64,000 nucleotides of DNA from Candidatus Peribacteraceae bacterium (GCA_041666245.1 JBAYHG010000003.1:15977-79976), one strand, 5' to 3'; shown: positions 42,868-52,792, counted from the first letter of the stretch. A program made the numbers and translations. The notes: generated by a model from the letters alone, not told the origin.

Positions 42868-43683
42868 TTACTCGTGTTTCGCTTCGGCGTGAGTGTCTTG
42901 CCAATGGCGCATCATCTCTTCTTCCATTCTTCTGCGGATGAAAGCAGGCAGCTGATCCGGCGCGGTGAGAACAATCCCTTTCTCCTTCAACCAACCACAA
43001 ATCATTGCTTCCACCCTCTCCGCCACGAGTCGTTCGGCGTCCCAGTACTTCATGCCGAGGCGCTGACACCGCACGGGATCGTCATTCAGATCCCCCCGCC
43101 TCGCCTCCGTTCGCGCGATGCGCTCCAATGGCGGCACGATTTCTCCATCGAGGAAGATGCCATCGATGTAGTACTGAAGGAGTTCTTCCTGCGGGATGTT
43201 CATGAGCTTCTGATCAATGCCTTCGCCCGTAGTTCTTTCGAAAATCCGATAGAAAAATTCCTCATTCGTGGCAACACGCAGTGCACCGGTCGGATCTGTT
43301 TCCTGATGCATTGACTCCAATGTTGTCGTGAGTCCGCCCTGTTCTTCAGCCGTGAAATCATCCGGCTTTCGTTGCATGTGTTTCTCCGCGTCGTGGATGA
43401 GGGCAAATTTTTCCATCCTCTCACGCTGTGCAACCGGCAATTCCAACGCCTGTCCCACGACATGCATCGCCACGGCTTGTCCGGCCTGATGTTTGACGAC
43501 ATTGTTCCAGCCTTCCCAGCGCTCTCCCACCCGGCGAGGACGTTTTCCAAGCTTCGCCTTACGGAGGAGAAGTGTCATTTCCTCTCGGTGTGCATTGCGG
43601 ACGAAGTCGAGCCAGTAGCGCAGGCGGATTTGAATCTGCCTCTCCGGATCTCTGTCGGCCGTTTGGCTCTGTTGTACTTCCAT
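42868..43683 (-). CDS. HD-domain-like hypothetical protein
   Basis: 271 aa: ..NNVVKHQAGQAVAMHVVGQ..MEKFALIHDAEKH.. shows the H...HD pattern. It is visibly less GC-rich than its neighbours and is the only minus-strand gene in a long plus-strand run. Confidence 0.55.
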   Translation of the reverse strand: MEVQQSQTADRDPERQIQIRLRYWLDFVRNAHREEMTLLLRKAKLGKRPRRVGERWEGWNNVVKHQAGQAVAMHVVGQALELPVAQRERMEKFALIHDAEKHMQRKPDDFTAEEQGGLTTTLESMHQETDPTGALRVATNEEFFYRIFERTTGEGIDQKLMNIPQEELLQYYIDGIFLDGEIVPPLERIARTEARRGDLNDDPVRCQRLGMKYWDAERLVAERVEAMICGWLKEKGIVLTAPDQLPAFIRRRMEEEMMRHWQDTHAEAKHE

Positions 43684-43685
43684 GT

Positions 43686-43724
43686 TTGTATATTACAATA
43701 ATTCCGATATTAAGCAATTATTGC
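43686..43724. promoter_or_regulatory. AT-rich divergent promoter region with two short palindromes
   Basis: TTGTA-TAT-TACAA lies at 43686..43698 and GCAAT-T-ATTGC at 43714..43724. Both sit within the most AT-rich stretch of the window, between divergent starts at 43683 (-) and 43833 (+). Confidence 0.35.
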
Positions 43725-43832
43725 GATACTCGATCGTCCGCGCGGCTCCCCGCTCCGGCGGTATCTAAATGTCATCGACACCCCCTATGGGATGCCATAG
43801 ACTCGCTGCACCCTATTTTTCCGATACTTTCC

Positions 43833-44702
43833 ATGCAGAAAAAAGGAACAATCTTCTTCGTCAGGCTGCGCCGCGCGCTCGCCCCCTCTTTGCGTTTCAT
43901 CCTCGAACACTGCGGGCCGTTGCGGTTCTTGGGCGTGACGCTGATGTCCTGGTACCTGAAGCCCGTCGTCCAGTGGGACGGTCACACGGTTTCCGTGGAC
44001 CCGACGGATTTCGGAGTGACGTTCGAGCTGGAATCGACGGGGGAGTACGAGGCGACGACCATGTCGCTCTGCAAGAAGCTGTTGCAGCCGGGAATGGTCT
44101 TCGTGGATGTCGGAGCCAATATCGGACTCTTCACGTTGATGGCGGCACGACAGGTTGGGCCGGCAGGACATGTGTATTCCTTCGAGCCGGGTGCGGCCAA
44201 TTGCGTTCTCCTGAGGAAGAACGTGGAGCAGAACGGGTACCACAACGTGACGCCCGTCCAGAAGGCGGTGACCGACCGCAGCGGATCCGCCATCCTGCAC
44301 CAGTCCGGTTTCAACAAGGCCGATCACCGTACGTACCACGTGTCGAAAGGGCGCAAGCAGGTCGCGATCGAATGTGTCTCTTTGGACGAGTACTTCCCGC
44401 CTGATGCACGCATCGACGTGATCAAGATGGACATCGAAGGAGCGGAAGGAGCGGCTCTTCGCGGTATGCAGCGCATCCTGCGTTCCCCGCATCCTCCGAA
44501 GCTCGTCATGGAATGCTGGCCGCCCATGCTCGTCAAAGCGGGGACGGATCCACTCCGGCTCCTGCAGTCACTGGAGGAGATGGGGTTTGCTCTCTCTCTG
44601 ATCGACGATGCTGCTGATGTCGTCACACCGCTCGATGCCGCCTCCATTCTGAAGATCTGCGAGGAACATGACGTCGGAAACGTTCTCTGCGTCCGTCGCT
44701 GA
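43833..44702 (+). CDS. FkbM family methyltransferase
   Basis: ..GMVFVDVGANIGLFTLMAARQVGPAGHVYSFEPGAANCVLLRKNVEQNGYHNVTPVQKAV..IDVIKMDIEGAEGAALRGM... The ATG at 43833 (MQKKGTIF) is preferred over the track start at 43572. Confidence 0.85.
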   Translation: MQKKGTIFFVRLRRALAPSLRFILEHCGPLRFLGVTLMSWYLKPVVQWDGHTVSVDPTDFGVTFELESTGEYEATTMSLCKKLLQPGMVFVDVGANIGLFTLMAARQVGPAGHVYSFEPGAANCVLLRKNVEQNGYHNVTPVQKAVTDRSGSAILHQSGFNKADHRTYHVSKGRKQVAIECVSLDEYFPPDARIDVIKMDIEGAEGAALRGMQRILRSPHPPKLVMECWPPMLVKAGTDPLRLLQSLEEMGFALSLIDDAADVVTPLDAASILKICEEHDVGNVLCVRR

Positions 44703-45103
44703 TGACGCATGATTCCTCCATGCCCCGGCTGAGGGTTCCGGTCATACAGTTCACCCAGTTCCTCCTGAGTGGCGGGGCGGCGGCGGTCCTTGCCATTGCC
44801 GTCTATGCTCTGCTTCTGCAAGCCGGCCTGTGGTACGTCTACGCTTCCGTGTGCAGCGACGGTGTGGGTCTCCTCACTCAGTTCTTCCTGAACAAGTATC
44901 TGGTCTTCCGGAAACGGGAACGCATGATTCCCCATGCTGTCCGTTACGCTGTCGTTCAGGCGGGGAATACGATCTTTCAGGCGGCTTTGGTCTATGTGTT
45001 CGTGGAATTCGCCGGCGTCGACAAAATCCTCGCGCGGATCCTCTCCATCGGCGTTTTTGTTCCCGTGAATTTCCTCCTCTACAAGTTCTTTGTGTACGTG
45101 TGA
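44702..45103 (+). CDS. GtrA family membrane protein (lipid-linked sugar translocation candidate)
   Basis: ..VIQFTQFLLSGGAAAVLAIAVYALL..FFLNKYLVFRKRE..VPVNFLLYKFFVYV. It has four TM helices and the GtrA-type NKY-x-VF motif. Confidence 0.8.
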   Translation: MTHDSSMPRLRVPVIQFTQFLLSGGAAAVLAIAVYALLLQAGLWYVYASVCSDGVGLLTQFFLNKYLVFRKRERMIPHAVRYAVVQAGNTIFQAALVYVFVEFAGVDKILARILSIGVFVPVNFLLYKFFVYV

Positions 45104-45140
45104 TAAGTCTCCTTCACTCTGCTAGAGTACGTAGCATTGT

Positions 45141-46187
45141 ATGGCCGCCAAACGCGCTTTGATCACGGGCATTACCGGACAGGACGGTTCCTACCTCGCG
45201 GAATTCTTGCTGGGGAAGGGGTACGAAGTGCACGGTGTCACCCGCCGGGCATCCACCTTCAACCGGGGACGCATCGATCATTTGTTCGTCGATGCCTTCC
45301 ACGCCAGTCCTCCAATCTTCCTCCACTACGGTGATTTGGGAGACAGTAGTTCCCTCACCAGAGTGTTGGCGGTTTCGAAGCCCGATGAAATCTACAATCT
45401 CGCCGCACAGAGCCATGTGGGTATCAGTTTCGACACACCGGAGTACACGGGGGACGTGACGGGGCTTGGGATCACCCGCCTCCTCGAGGCGCTCCGGACG
45501 AGCGGTCTGCCCGCCAAGTTCTATCAGGCGAGTTCCAGCGAGCTTTTCGGGAAGATTTCGACGCCGACGCAGAACGAAGAGACGCCCTTCTATCCACGCA
45601 GTCCGTACGCCTGTGCCAAGGCGTATGCCTATTATTTTTGCCGCAATTACCGGGAGAGCTACGGCATGTACGCAGTCAACGGGATCCTCTTCAATCACGA
45701 ATCGCCCCGACGGGGGGAAAATTTCGTCACGCGTAAAATCACCATGTCTCTCGCCCTCATTCTCGCGGGGAGGCAGAACTGCCTCTACCTGGGAAATATG
45801 GAAGCCCGCCGCGACTGGGGCTACGCGAAGGAGTACGTGGAAGGCATGTGGCTCATGCTTCAGCAGCCGAACCCCGAGGACTATGTGCTGGCTACCGGCC
45901 AGACACATTCCGTGCGCGAGTTTCTGGAACTGTGCCTGCAGTACGCCAATATTCCCTTTGAACGTGAGGGGACCGGGAAAGATGAAGTCTATCGTGACAA
46001 GAGGACGGGCAAGATCATCGTTGCGGTCGATCCTTACTACTACCGTCCTGCGGAAGTGGATGAGTTGCGCGGCGATCCTTCGAAGGCGGAGAAAAAGCTC
46101 GGATGGAAAGCGAAGACGACGCTTCCAGAACTTGTAGCTCTTCTCATGGAAGCCGACTACTCTGCGGCAGTCTCACGTACCCACTGA
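45141..46187 (+). CDS. gmd: GDP-mannose 4,6-dehydratase
   Basis: [107 protein letters not shown].. is collinear with canonical Gmd. Confidence 0.92.
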   Translation: MAAKRALITGITGQDGSYLAEFLLGKGYEVHGVTRRASTFNRGRIDHLFVDAFHASPPIFLHYGDLGDSSSLTRVLAVSKPDEIYNLAAQSHVGISFDTPEYTGDVTGLGITRLLEALRTSGLPAKFYQASSSELFGKISTPTQNEETPFYPRSPYACAKAYAYYFCRNYRESYGMYAVNGILFNHESPRRGENFVTRKITMSLALILAGRQNCLYLGNMEARRDWGYAKEYVEGMWLMLQQPNPEDYVLATGQTHSVREFLELCLQYANIPFEREGTGKDEVYRDKRTGKIIVAVDPYYYRPAEVDELRGDPSKAEKKLGWKAKTTLPELVALLMEADYSAAVSRTH

Positions 46188-46221
46188 TTCCTCACTCGAC
46201 GGGAGCTCTGCTCCTTCCCTC

Positions 46222-48672
46222 ATGCGCGTTCGCCGTTTGCCAGATTGGCAGGTATTCCTTGGTACTCATACCCTTTTCGTCGCACTGGCGCTCGTGCCGT
46301 TTCTTTCCGGTGCCTGCCTGTATTCCGCAATGGGCATTTGGCATTCGTACCCCTTCTTCGAGCTCTTCTCGTTTCACAACCTTCTCTCCGGCGAAGTCTT
46401 CATGAATCGGCTGGGTATGAATGGATTTCCTTCCTTCGTCCCTGTCGGCTTCTCCCTCCATCCGCTCACCTATGTCTTCAATACTTTCCTGCCGCCCTTC
46501 ACCGATTTGCACTGGTTCGTCTTCACGATCATGGCTGCGGGTGGTGTGCTCTGTTCTCTCCTCCTCCGTCGTCTGGGCATTTCCAGGTTGGGGGCGATGG
46601 TCGGAGGAGCCTGCTACGTGACGGGGAGCTGGTGGCTGACGACCACGCTGGATTATGCCCCTTCCATGACCATGCTCCCGCTGATTCCCATGGTCCTCCT
46701 GCAGAGTCGCACGCGTCCCGTCCTCGCGACGTTCTGGGGTGCGCTCCTCTCCGGATACATCTGGTTCGGCGTGAATGCGCAGATGTCGCTCATGATATTC
46801 ACCGCATTTGGTGTCGGAGCCCTTGCTCTGGCGATGCGTGAATCCGTACGAGGCTGGCGCGCTGCACTGCGCCCGGTCGTCGTCCTCTTCCTGAGTCTTG
46901 CTGCGGGCACCCTTCTCGGGATTCCCAAGGTCATTCCCTCGCTGGTCTACGGCAGTCTCTCCTGGCGAGCCGGAGGGCTCTCTCTTGCAGAGGCGGGGGC
47001 GGGCGGGCTCCGTCCGCTCACAGCCGTAACCTATCTCTTTCCTTACATCAGCTTCCCATTCCTGAATTTCGGCTGTGATTTGCTCCAAGTGTACATCGGA
47101 GCGTTCGGATTCATGTTCCTGCTTGTTGGTTTTTGGATAGCCTTCTCCCGTCGTTCGAACGGTGCCGTGTCAGGTCTCGTTTCCTTACGGTGGTGGGTCG
47201 TTGCCTACGTTGTAGTTCTTGCTTTCGCGTTCTATCGATCGCCTCTTGTCGCTCTCCTGCACTCATTTCCACCCTTCTCGTTCTTCCGCGGTCCGGGGCG
47301 ATGGACAATACTCAGCAGCTTCGTTGCCGCACCGATCATCGGGATGGCGTTTGACGCTCTCGTACAGGGAAGAGTGGAACGCATGCGACGGGTGTTCGCG
47401 CTGCTCTTCGGAGTCGTTGCCGCGTTCATCAGCATCGCGTTCGCGGTGGTTCAACTGTCGTTGCAGTTCTTCTCCGGGGCGCTGATCACCATTTTCCAGC
47501 GCTACTTTGCTTACTTTCATTCCTCGCTGCATCTGGGGCCGCCCCTCTCCTACTACGAGACGTTCGTCGAACGGAGGATTCATGAGTTCGCCCTCTCCCC
47601 CATTTTCCTGCAGCCGCGCACGTTCTTTCCGTTCATCTCCATCGTGATTCTGGCTGTCGTCCTGCAGGATCGCGTGTGGGAGAAGGCCCGTCACAGAGCC
47701 GTGTTGCTCGTGACATGCAGCCTCCTGACGTCCGCCCTCACTCTCATTTGGTTTGATCGTCCTTTTCCAAGAAATGCTCTTCCGAAAGGAAACCCAGTGG
47801 AAGTGTTCTTGCAGGGGCATCCGGGAACTGTCCTCGATGTCTTCTCGAACGGCACGGCCGCGGAGCTCGCCCCAGGGTATCGTTTTTCGAAAGGGGATGA
47901 GCTCGTCTGGACGTTCGTTCATCACGTTCCAAATACCAATCTTCTCTCCGGCATCCATATGCTGGATTACTTCGACAACCTCGCATCGCGGCGTCCGTCC
48001 GCTCTCGCATCGTGGGTCGGGGCTGCAACCCTGCCCACGCCGTCCGCTTACCAACTCGTTGCATTCCCCGGGACCACGGCAGACAAGATCAGGGAGTTCG
48101 GTCGCCGGAAGGATGTTCTCGATATGCAGGGCGTGCGCTACCTCACGAGCTCTTTCTCTCTGAACGGTGCCTCCCTGCGCAACGTCTTCGAAACCCGTGT
48201 GACATCCGCGAATATTCCACTGTACATATACGAGAATCCCGCTGCACGGCCGAGTGTGTACTTCGCCGACAGTGTCGAGACGATGGCGGAAGACGAGAGC
48301 GAAGCACTGGAGCGTATTTTCCATGAACAGTGGCACGGGAGACGATCTCTCCTCGAGTGTGAGCCTGCCTGTTCGCTGCAAACTTCCAGCGGGAGGGGGG
48401 AGATAGAGACGGTTGAAGATCGTCCGCAATTCCTCACACTTCAGACACAGGCCGCAGAGCCGCAGTGGCTCGTGGTGACGATTCCCCGGCTTCCCGGATG
48501 GGAGGTTCGGATTGATGGTGAAGTGGCGAATTCCGTCTATGCCAATGCCGCCTTCTTCGGCATCCCGGTTCCTGCAGGTTCACACACCGTGACGCTTCGA
48601 TATTCCGTTCCCTTGCTCCTGAAAGAAGGCGTGGCGCGTCTCCTCACGGGTGGATACAACGATGTGTTCTAG
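46222..48672 (+). CDS. YfhO-like large membrane protein (GT-C-fold glycosyltransferase candidate)
   Basis: 816 aa. About 13 TM helices are followed by a soluble region, a late TM helix, and a C-terminus ..VVTIPRLPGWEVRIDGEVANSVYANAAFFGIPVPAGSHTVTLRYS.. that resembles the YfhO C-terminal signature. Confidence 0.7.
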   Translation: MRVRRLPDWQVFLGTHTLFVALALVPFLSGACLYSAMGIWHSYPFFELFSFHNLLSGEVFMNRLGMNGFPSFVPVGFSLHPLTYVFNTFLPPFTDLHWFVFTIMAAGGVLCSLLLRRLGISRLGAMVGGACYVTGSWWLTTTLDYAPSMTMLPLIPMVLLQSRTRPVLATFWGALLSGYIWFGVNAQMSLMIFTAFGVGALALAMRESVRGWRAALRPVVVLFLSLAAGTLLGIPKVIPSLVYGSLSWRAGGLSLAEAGAGGLRPLTAVTYLFPYISFPFLNFGCDLLQVYIGAFGFMFLLVGFWIAFSRRSNGAVSGLVSLRWWVVAYVVVLAFAFYRSPLVALLHSFPPFSFFRGPGRWTILSSFVAAPIIGMAFDALVQGRVERMRRVFALLFGVVAAFISIAFAVVQLSLQFFSGALITIFQRYFAYFHSSLHLGPPLSYYETFVERRIHEFALSPIFLQPRTFFPFISIVILAVVLQDRVWEKARHRAVLLVTCSLLTSALTLIWFDRPFPRNALPKGNPVEVFLQGHPGTVLDVFSNGTAAELAPGYRFSKGDELVWTFVHHVPNTNLLSGIHMLDYFDNLASRRPSALASWVGAATLPTPSAYQLVAFPGTTADKIREFGRRKDVLDMQGVRYLTSSFSLNGASLRNVFETRVTSANIPLYIYENPAARPSVYFADSVETMAEDESEALERIFHEQWHGRRSLLECEPACSLQTSSGRGEIETVEDRPQFLTLQTQAAEPQWLVVTIPRLPGWEVRIDGEVANSVYANAAFFGIPVPAGSHTVTLRYSVPLLLKEGVARLLTGGYNDVF

Positions 48673-48683
48673 GGAGTCAGCGT

Positions 48684-49454
48684 TCACCGAACCGTCCCAG
48701 AACCTCTCCAGCTCACGCCTTTGTATGGTGTGATAGAGATGTTCGTGAACTGCGACGGATCGAGCCATCGGGTGATCCGCTCCTTCGTGATGAAGTGTGT
48801 CTGCGGGGCGTTGAGCTTGTCGAACACATTGAGAAGATTCCTCCGGTAGCCGAGTTTGCGCCAGTTTTGGAAGTACTCGTAGAAGGGGAGGAAGGGCAAT
48901 GGCAGGAGGTAGAGCGTGTAGATCGGGAGATAGAGAAGGGTTGTCAGGATGTGGGCGAGAACAAGATTCACGTTCCGCGGTAGGCGCAGGAGGATGAGTC
49001 GTTTCAGCCACTCCAGGAGTGTGCGGTTGAGGAAGTTTCCTTCCTTCGAGTAGACCCAGACGATCACGCGGCCACCCGGCGCACAGTGGCGTGCGATATT
49101 CGCGAATGTCCGGTCCGGATCGTCGGTGTGGTGAAGCACGCCGATGCAGTAGACGATGTCGAACTTCCTCTGGAGATCCATTTCCGCCAGATCCGCCTCG
49201 ACCAGCCGGACATTGGGCAGATTCGCGGTGCTCGTAGCGGCGCAGCTGACCGCGTTCAGATCCACTCCCGTGACCGAACGGGCAACCGGTGCCGTGAAGG
49301 TGATGTGCTGGCCACCGCCGCAGCCGCAATCGAGGACGTCTTTTCCACGGAAATCCTCCAGCGTGTTCGGTGCGATCCAGTCGGCGAAGAGCCAACGATT
49401 GTCGTCGAAGAACGTTTGCCACTGCCAAGCCCACTGGGGATGCTTCTTCTGCAT
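48684..49454 (-). CDS. Class I SAM-dependent methyltransferase
   Basis: This is only the C-terminal 256 aa of track ORF 48684..50759: MQKKHPQWAWQWQTFF..DVLDCGCGGGQHITF..VEADLAEMDLQRKFDIVYCIGVLHHTDDP..CAPGGRVIVWVY... The upstream two thirds of that ORF are antisense to the asnB-like gene. Confidence 0.8.
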   Translation of the reverse strand: MQKKHPQWAWQWQTFFDDNRWLFADWIAPNTLEDFRGKDVLDCGCGGGQHITFTAPVARSVTGVDLNAVSCAATSTANLPNVRLVEADLAEMDLQRKFDIVYCIGVLHHTDDPDRTFANIARHCAPGGRVIVWVYSKEGNFLNRTLLEWLKRLILLRLPRNVNLVLAHILTTLLYLPIYTLYLLPLPFLPFYEYFQNWRKLGYRRNLLNVFDKLNAPQTHFITKERITRWLDPSQFTNISITPYKGVSWRGSGTVR

Positions 49455-49499
49455 GGAGGAAGCGTACGTGAAAGAGCCGCGTTCTGGTAGTCTCTCCGT

Positions 49500-51377
49500 A
49501 TGTGTGGGATTGCCGGCATCATCCGATTGAATGGCGAAACCGCTGATCAGGGGCATATCGACCGCCTGACGGACGCCTTGAGCCACCGCGGTCCGGACAG
49601 TCGGGGGACGTTCATCCATGGGAACGCCGGTCTCGGATTTCGACGACTCTCCATCCTCGATCTCACGCCGGCCGGGAATCAACCGATGGTCTCGGATGAC
49701 GGACAAACCGTCGTGGTGTTCAACGGGGAGATCTACAATTTCGCGCAGGAGCGCGCCGCGTTGGAATCGAGAGGACATCGCTTCCGTTCCCGTGGTGATA
49801 CCGAGGTGCTCCTGCACCTGTATGCAGAGTACGGGGAAGCGTGCCTGGAACACCTGCGCGGCATGTTCGCCTTCGCCATCCTCGATCTGAAGCGGGGCAC
49901 GCTCTTCCTCGCGCGGGATCGGGTGGGCAAGAAGCCGCTCAAGTTCTTCGCGACACCGACGCTCTTCGCCTTCGCCTCGGAGCTCAAGGCGCTGCGGACG
50001 TTGCCGGAGTGTCCCCGGGAGGTCGATGAGGAAGCTATGCATCACTTCCTGACGATGATGTACCTGCCTGCCCCCCTCACGGGATTCCGCGGCATCGAGA
50101 AGCTCCCCGCCGCACACGCGATGCGCGTCGATCTTCGCACAGGGGAGCGGAAGATGTGGCGCTACTGGGAGCTTTCCTATGAGCCGGATGACGGCCCCGC
50201 TCTCGCCGAATGGCAGGAGCGGATCAGGAAGACATTCGACGAGAGTGTCCGCTTGCGGATGGTGGCGGATGTTCCCGTGGGGGCGTTCCTCTCCGGCGGC
50301 GTGGATTCGGCGGCCGTCGTCGCGTCGATGAGCGGACTCTCCGATCGCCCCATCAAGACCTTCTCCATCGGGTCCGAGCACGAGAAGATGAATGAGCTGC
50401 CGGGCGCGGCAGTCATCGCGAAGAAATTTGGGACCGACCACCATCCGATCATGGTCGAGCCGGATATCGTCCGCCTGCTTCCGGAGCTCGTCGCGACGTA
50501 CGAGGAGCCCTACGCCGATCCGTCCTCCATTCCCACGTACCTCATTGCCCGGGAGTCCCGCAGGAATGTTACGGTGGCGCTGAACGGCGACGGCGGGGAC
50601 GAGAATTTCGCCGGCTACATCCGCTATCCCATCCTCCGCTTCTCGGAACGGTGGCATCAGTTGCCCTCCTGGATGCACGCGCTCGTCTCCGGCGGGACGG
50701 ATCTCTTCCATCGGCTGCGCAACGACACGTTCAGCTACCGTGTGCGGCGTTTCCAGCATTCGATCGGATTGCCGTTTCCGCGGCGCTACCTGCAGTACCT
50801 CAGTTTCTTCACCGAAGAAGAGAAGCAGGCGCTCTACAAGGACACGTTCCCGTCATTCCCCCGGACGGATGCATGGTACGAAGCGAAGACGGAGCATGCA
50901 CGGAGCCGGGGAGCCGACCTCGTCTCCCGTGCCCAGTCGATGGATCTGGAAACCTACCTCGCCGATGATCTCCTCCCGAAAGTCGATCTGGGATCGATGG
51001 CGCACGGCCTCGAGGCGCGTTCCCCCTTCCTCGATCACGCGCTCCTGGAACTCACGGCGCGCATCCCCGTTCGTCACAAGGTCCACGGGCGGGTGGGGAA
51101 GTGGATCCTGAAGGACATGCTCCGGAACACGCTCCCCACCGAAACGCTCTGGGAGAAGAAGCGGGGGTTCCGCCTCCCGCTCGATCTCTGGTTCAGGGGA
51201 GAACTCAGTGGTTTCGTTTCCGATCGTCTCCTCACCGGATCCCCGGCCTTCTGGCGTTTCTTCGACCGCGGCCGGATGGAGCGGTTTCTCGTCTCGTACA
51301 GAGGTTCCAGCGTCGATTATTCAGACCACGTCTGGGCGTTGCTCTGGTTAGAGGAATGGCTGCGGAGCAGCGTGTGA
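49500..51377 (+). CDS. Asparagine synthase (glutamine-hydrolysing) family amidotransferase (WbpS-like context)
   Basis: MCGIAGIIRLNG..HRGPDS..FNGEIYNF..GDTEVLLHLY..VPVGAFLSGGVDSAAV.. shows the N-terminal nucleophile Cys2 and the SGGxDS PP-loop. Confidence 0.9.
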   Translation: MCGIAGIIRLNGETADQGHIDRLTDALSHRGPDSRGTFIHGNAGLGFRRLSILDLTPAGNQPMVSDDGQTVVVFNGEIYNFAQERAALESRGHRFRSRGDTEVLLHLYAEYGEACLEHLRGMFAFAILDLKRGTLFLARDRVGKKPLKFFATPTLFAFASELKALRTLPECPREVDEEAMHHFLTMMYLPAPLTGFRGIEKLPAAHAMRVDLRTGERKMWRYWELSYEPDDGPALAEWQERIRKTFDESVRLRMVADVPVGAFLSGGVDSAAVVASMSGLSDRPIKTFSIGSEHEKMNELPGAAVIAKKFGTDHHPIMVEPDIVRLLPELVATYEEPYADPSSIPTYLIARESRRNVTVALNGDGGDENFAGYIRYPILRFSERWHQLPSWMHALVSGGTDLFHRLRNDTFSYRVRRFQHSIGLPFPRRYLQYLSFFTEEEKQALYKDTFPSFPRTDAWYEAKTEHARSRGADLVSRAQSMDLETYLADDLLPKVDLGSMAHGLEARSPFLDHALLELTARIPVRHKVHGRVGKWILKDMLRNTLPTETLWEKKRGFRLPLDLWFRGELSGFVSDRLLTGSPAFWRFFDRGRMERFLVSYRGSSVDYSDHVWALLWLEEWLRSSV

Positions 51378-51520
51378 GGGCCACCTAGCGGTGTCCCTCC
51401 CACGAACCCACCCTTCCCTTTGTTGTGTCCTCAGGCGCAGGACCCACGAGACCCGCGCCTTCGGACTGTTATTTCAATTCGTCTGTTGCCGCTGTTGTTG
51501 TGTATTGTATATGCGTGGTC

Positions 51521-52792
51521 ATGAACTCTCATCGCAAGTGGCGCGCAGGAATCCTCGTTGCGTCTCTCCTCATCTTCGGCGCGCTGACGGTGTACCAGCT
51601 TCTGCAGCCTGCCGGGCGGACATTTTCCAGCGACAGCGCCAGCTATGACGCGGGTGCGGTCAATTTGGTGCACTCCCTCACCTACTCGCTCGACGGCACG
51701 ACGCCGACGATGGAGCGGGAGCCGGGGTACAGCGGTTTCCTCGCTCTCCTCTACGGTCTCTCAAGCGATCATAACCGGTTCGTCATCTTCGTCGGGCAGT
51801 ACCTGCTCTTCCTTCTTTCACTCGGTCTCCTGCTGGCGGAGCTGCGGCATCGCATGTCCGAGCGTGTCCTCCTCCTCACGGCGGGGTTCCTTCTCCTCTT
51901 CCCATCACTCTTTCATGCTCATTTGAGCGTCATGCGGGAGAGTCTTCTCGCATCACTCTTCCTCCTCCTCGCGACTGCGATGCTCTCGCTCATCCGCAAG
52001 CCCCGGAGAAACGCCGCACTTGCGCTGGGCTTTCTCTCTGCTGCGATCATCCTCACGGGACTCCCGTTCCTGTTCCTGCCGTTCCTCCTCGCGGGATTTC
52101 TCCTCATGCAGCGCGTGTCGTGGCGGTATCTCCTGCCGCTCCTCCTCATCCCCTTCGTCTGCGTGGGCTTGTGGGGGATCCGCAACCGGGTGGAATTCGG
52201 CCGATTCGCGTTTGGAGGGGATTTCCGCACCACGGCGATGCTCTACGTGCGGGCGGAGCAGGCTGAGAAGGTGCATGGAGTGGAGGCATTCCGGTGCCTC
52301 TGGTCGGAGTACGTCTCACGTGATTGGACGGGACGGTCATCGGCCTGTTCTTTCAACGGTCTCGTGAACACGAAGTGGCCGGGGCGCGTCCCCACGGCAC
52401 AGGATCCGGAGATCCGTCGTGAGAGCATCGCGACGATCCTCCGGGATTTCCCCAATTACCTCTGGTTCTCGGTCTTCGAAATCCTCGAATACCACGTTCC
52501 CTACGTGGACGGCTGGGGACATCTGTACAACATCGCCGTCACGGTCGCACAGCTCTTGCTCTACGTCGGCTGCGCCGTCGCCCTGTTCCGATGGGAGAAG
52601 TGGGGGACCGTGGAATGGCTCTGTACGCTGCTTGCAGCCTATTCTCTCGGTATCTACATCCTCACCGATGCCACGCCCCGCTACCACGTGCCGCTCCTCG
52701 GGGCCTATGCGATCCTCGCCGCGACGGGGTACAATACCCTTCTGACCCGTTTCCATGAACGCCGTCTCCGTCATCATCCCGGCTTACAATGA
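51521..52792 (+). CDS. GT-C-like (ArnT/PMT_2-type) polytopic membrane glycosyltransferase candidate
   Basis: MNSHRKWRAGILVASLLIFGALTVYQLL..SSDSASYDAGAVNL..EREPGYSGFLALLYGL... It has about 11 TM helices. The acidic-aromatic motif lies after TM1. The 3' end overlaps the next GT2 by 38 nt. Confidence 0.65.
   Translation: MNSHRKWRAGILVASLLIFGALTVYQLLQPAGRTFSSDSASYDAGAVNLVHSLTYSLDGTTPTMEREPGYSGFLALLYGLSSDHNRFVIFVGQYLLFLLSLGLLLAELRHRMSERVLLLTAGFLLLFPSLFHAHLSVMRESLLASLFLLLATAMLSLIRKPRRNAALALGFLSAAIILTGLPFLFLPFLLAGFLLMQRVSWRYLLPLLLIPFVCVGLWGIRNRVEFGRFAFGGDFRTTAMLYVRAEQAEKVHGVEAFRCLWSEYVSRDWTGRSSACSFNGLVNTKWPGRVPTAQDPEIRRESIATILRDFPNYLWFSVFEILEYHVPYVDGWGHLYNIAVTVAQLLLYVGCAVALFRWEKWGTVEWLCTLLAAYSLGIYILTDATPRYHVPLLGAYAILAATGYNTLLTRFHERRLRHHPGLQ

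Noticed and set aside
46192-48429. Minus-strand ORFs 46192..47088 (298 aa) and 47263..48429 (388 aa)
   Set aside because: They are antisense to the YfhO-like gene. They are Glu/Arg/Gly-rich shadows with no motifs.
49455-50759. N-terminal two thirds of the 691-aa minus-strand ORF 48684..50759
   Set aside because: It is antisense to the AsnB-family gene (MCGIAG.., SGGVDS). Only the last 256 aa, from MQKKHPQW, show methyltransferase motifs.
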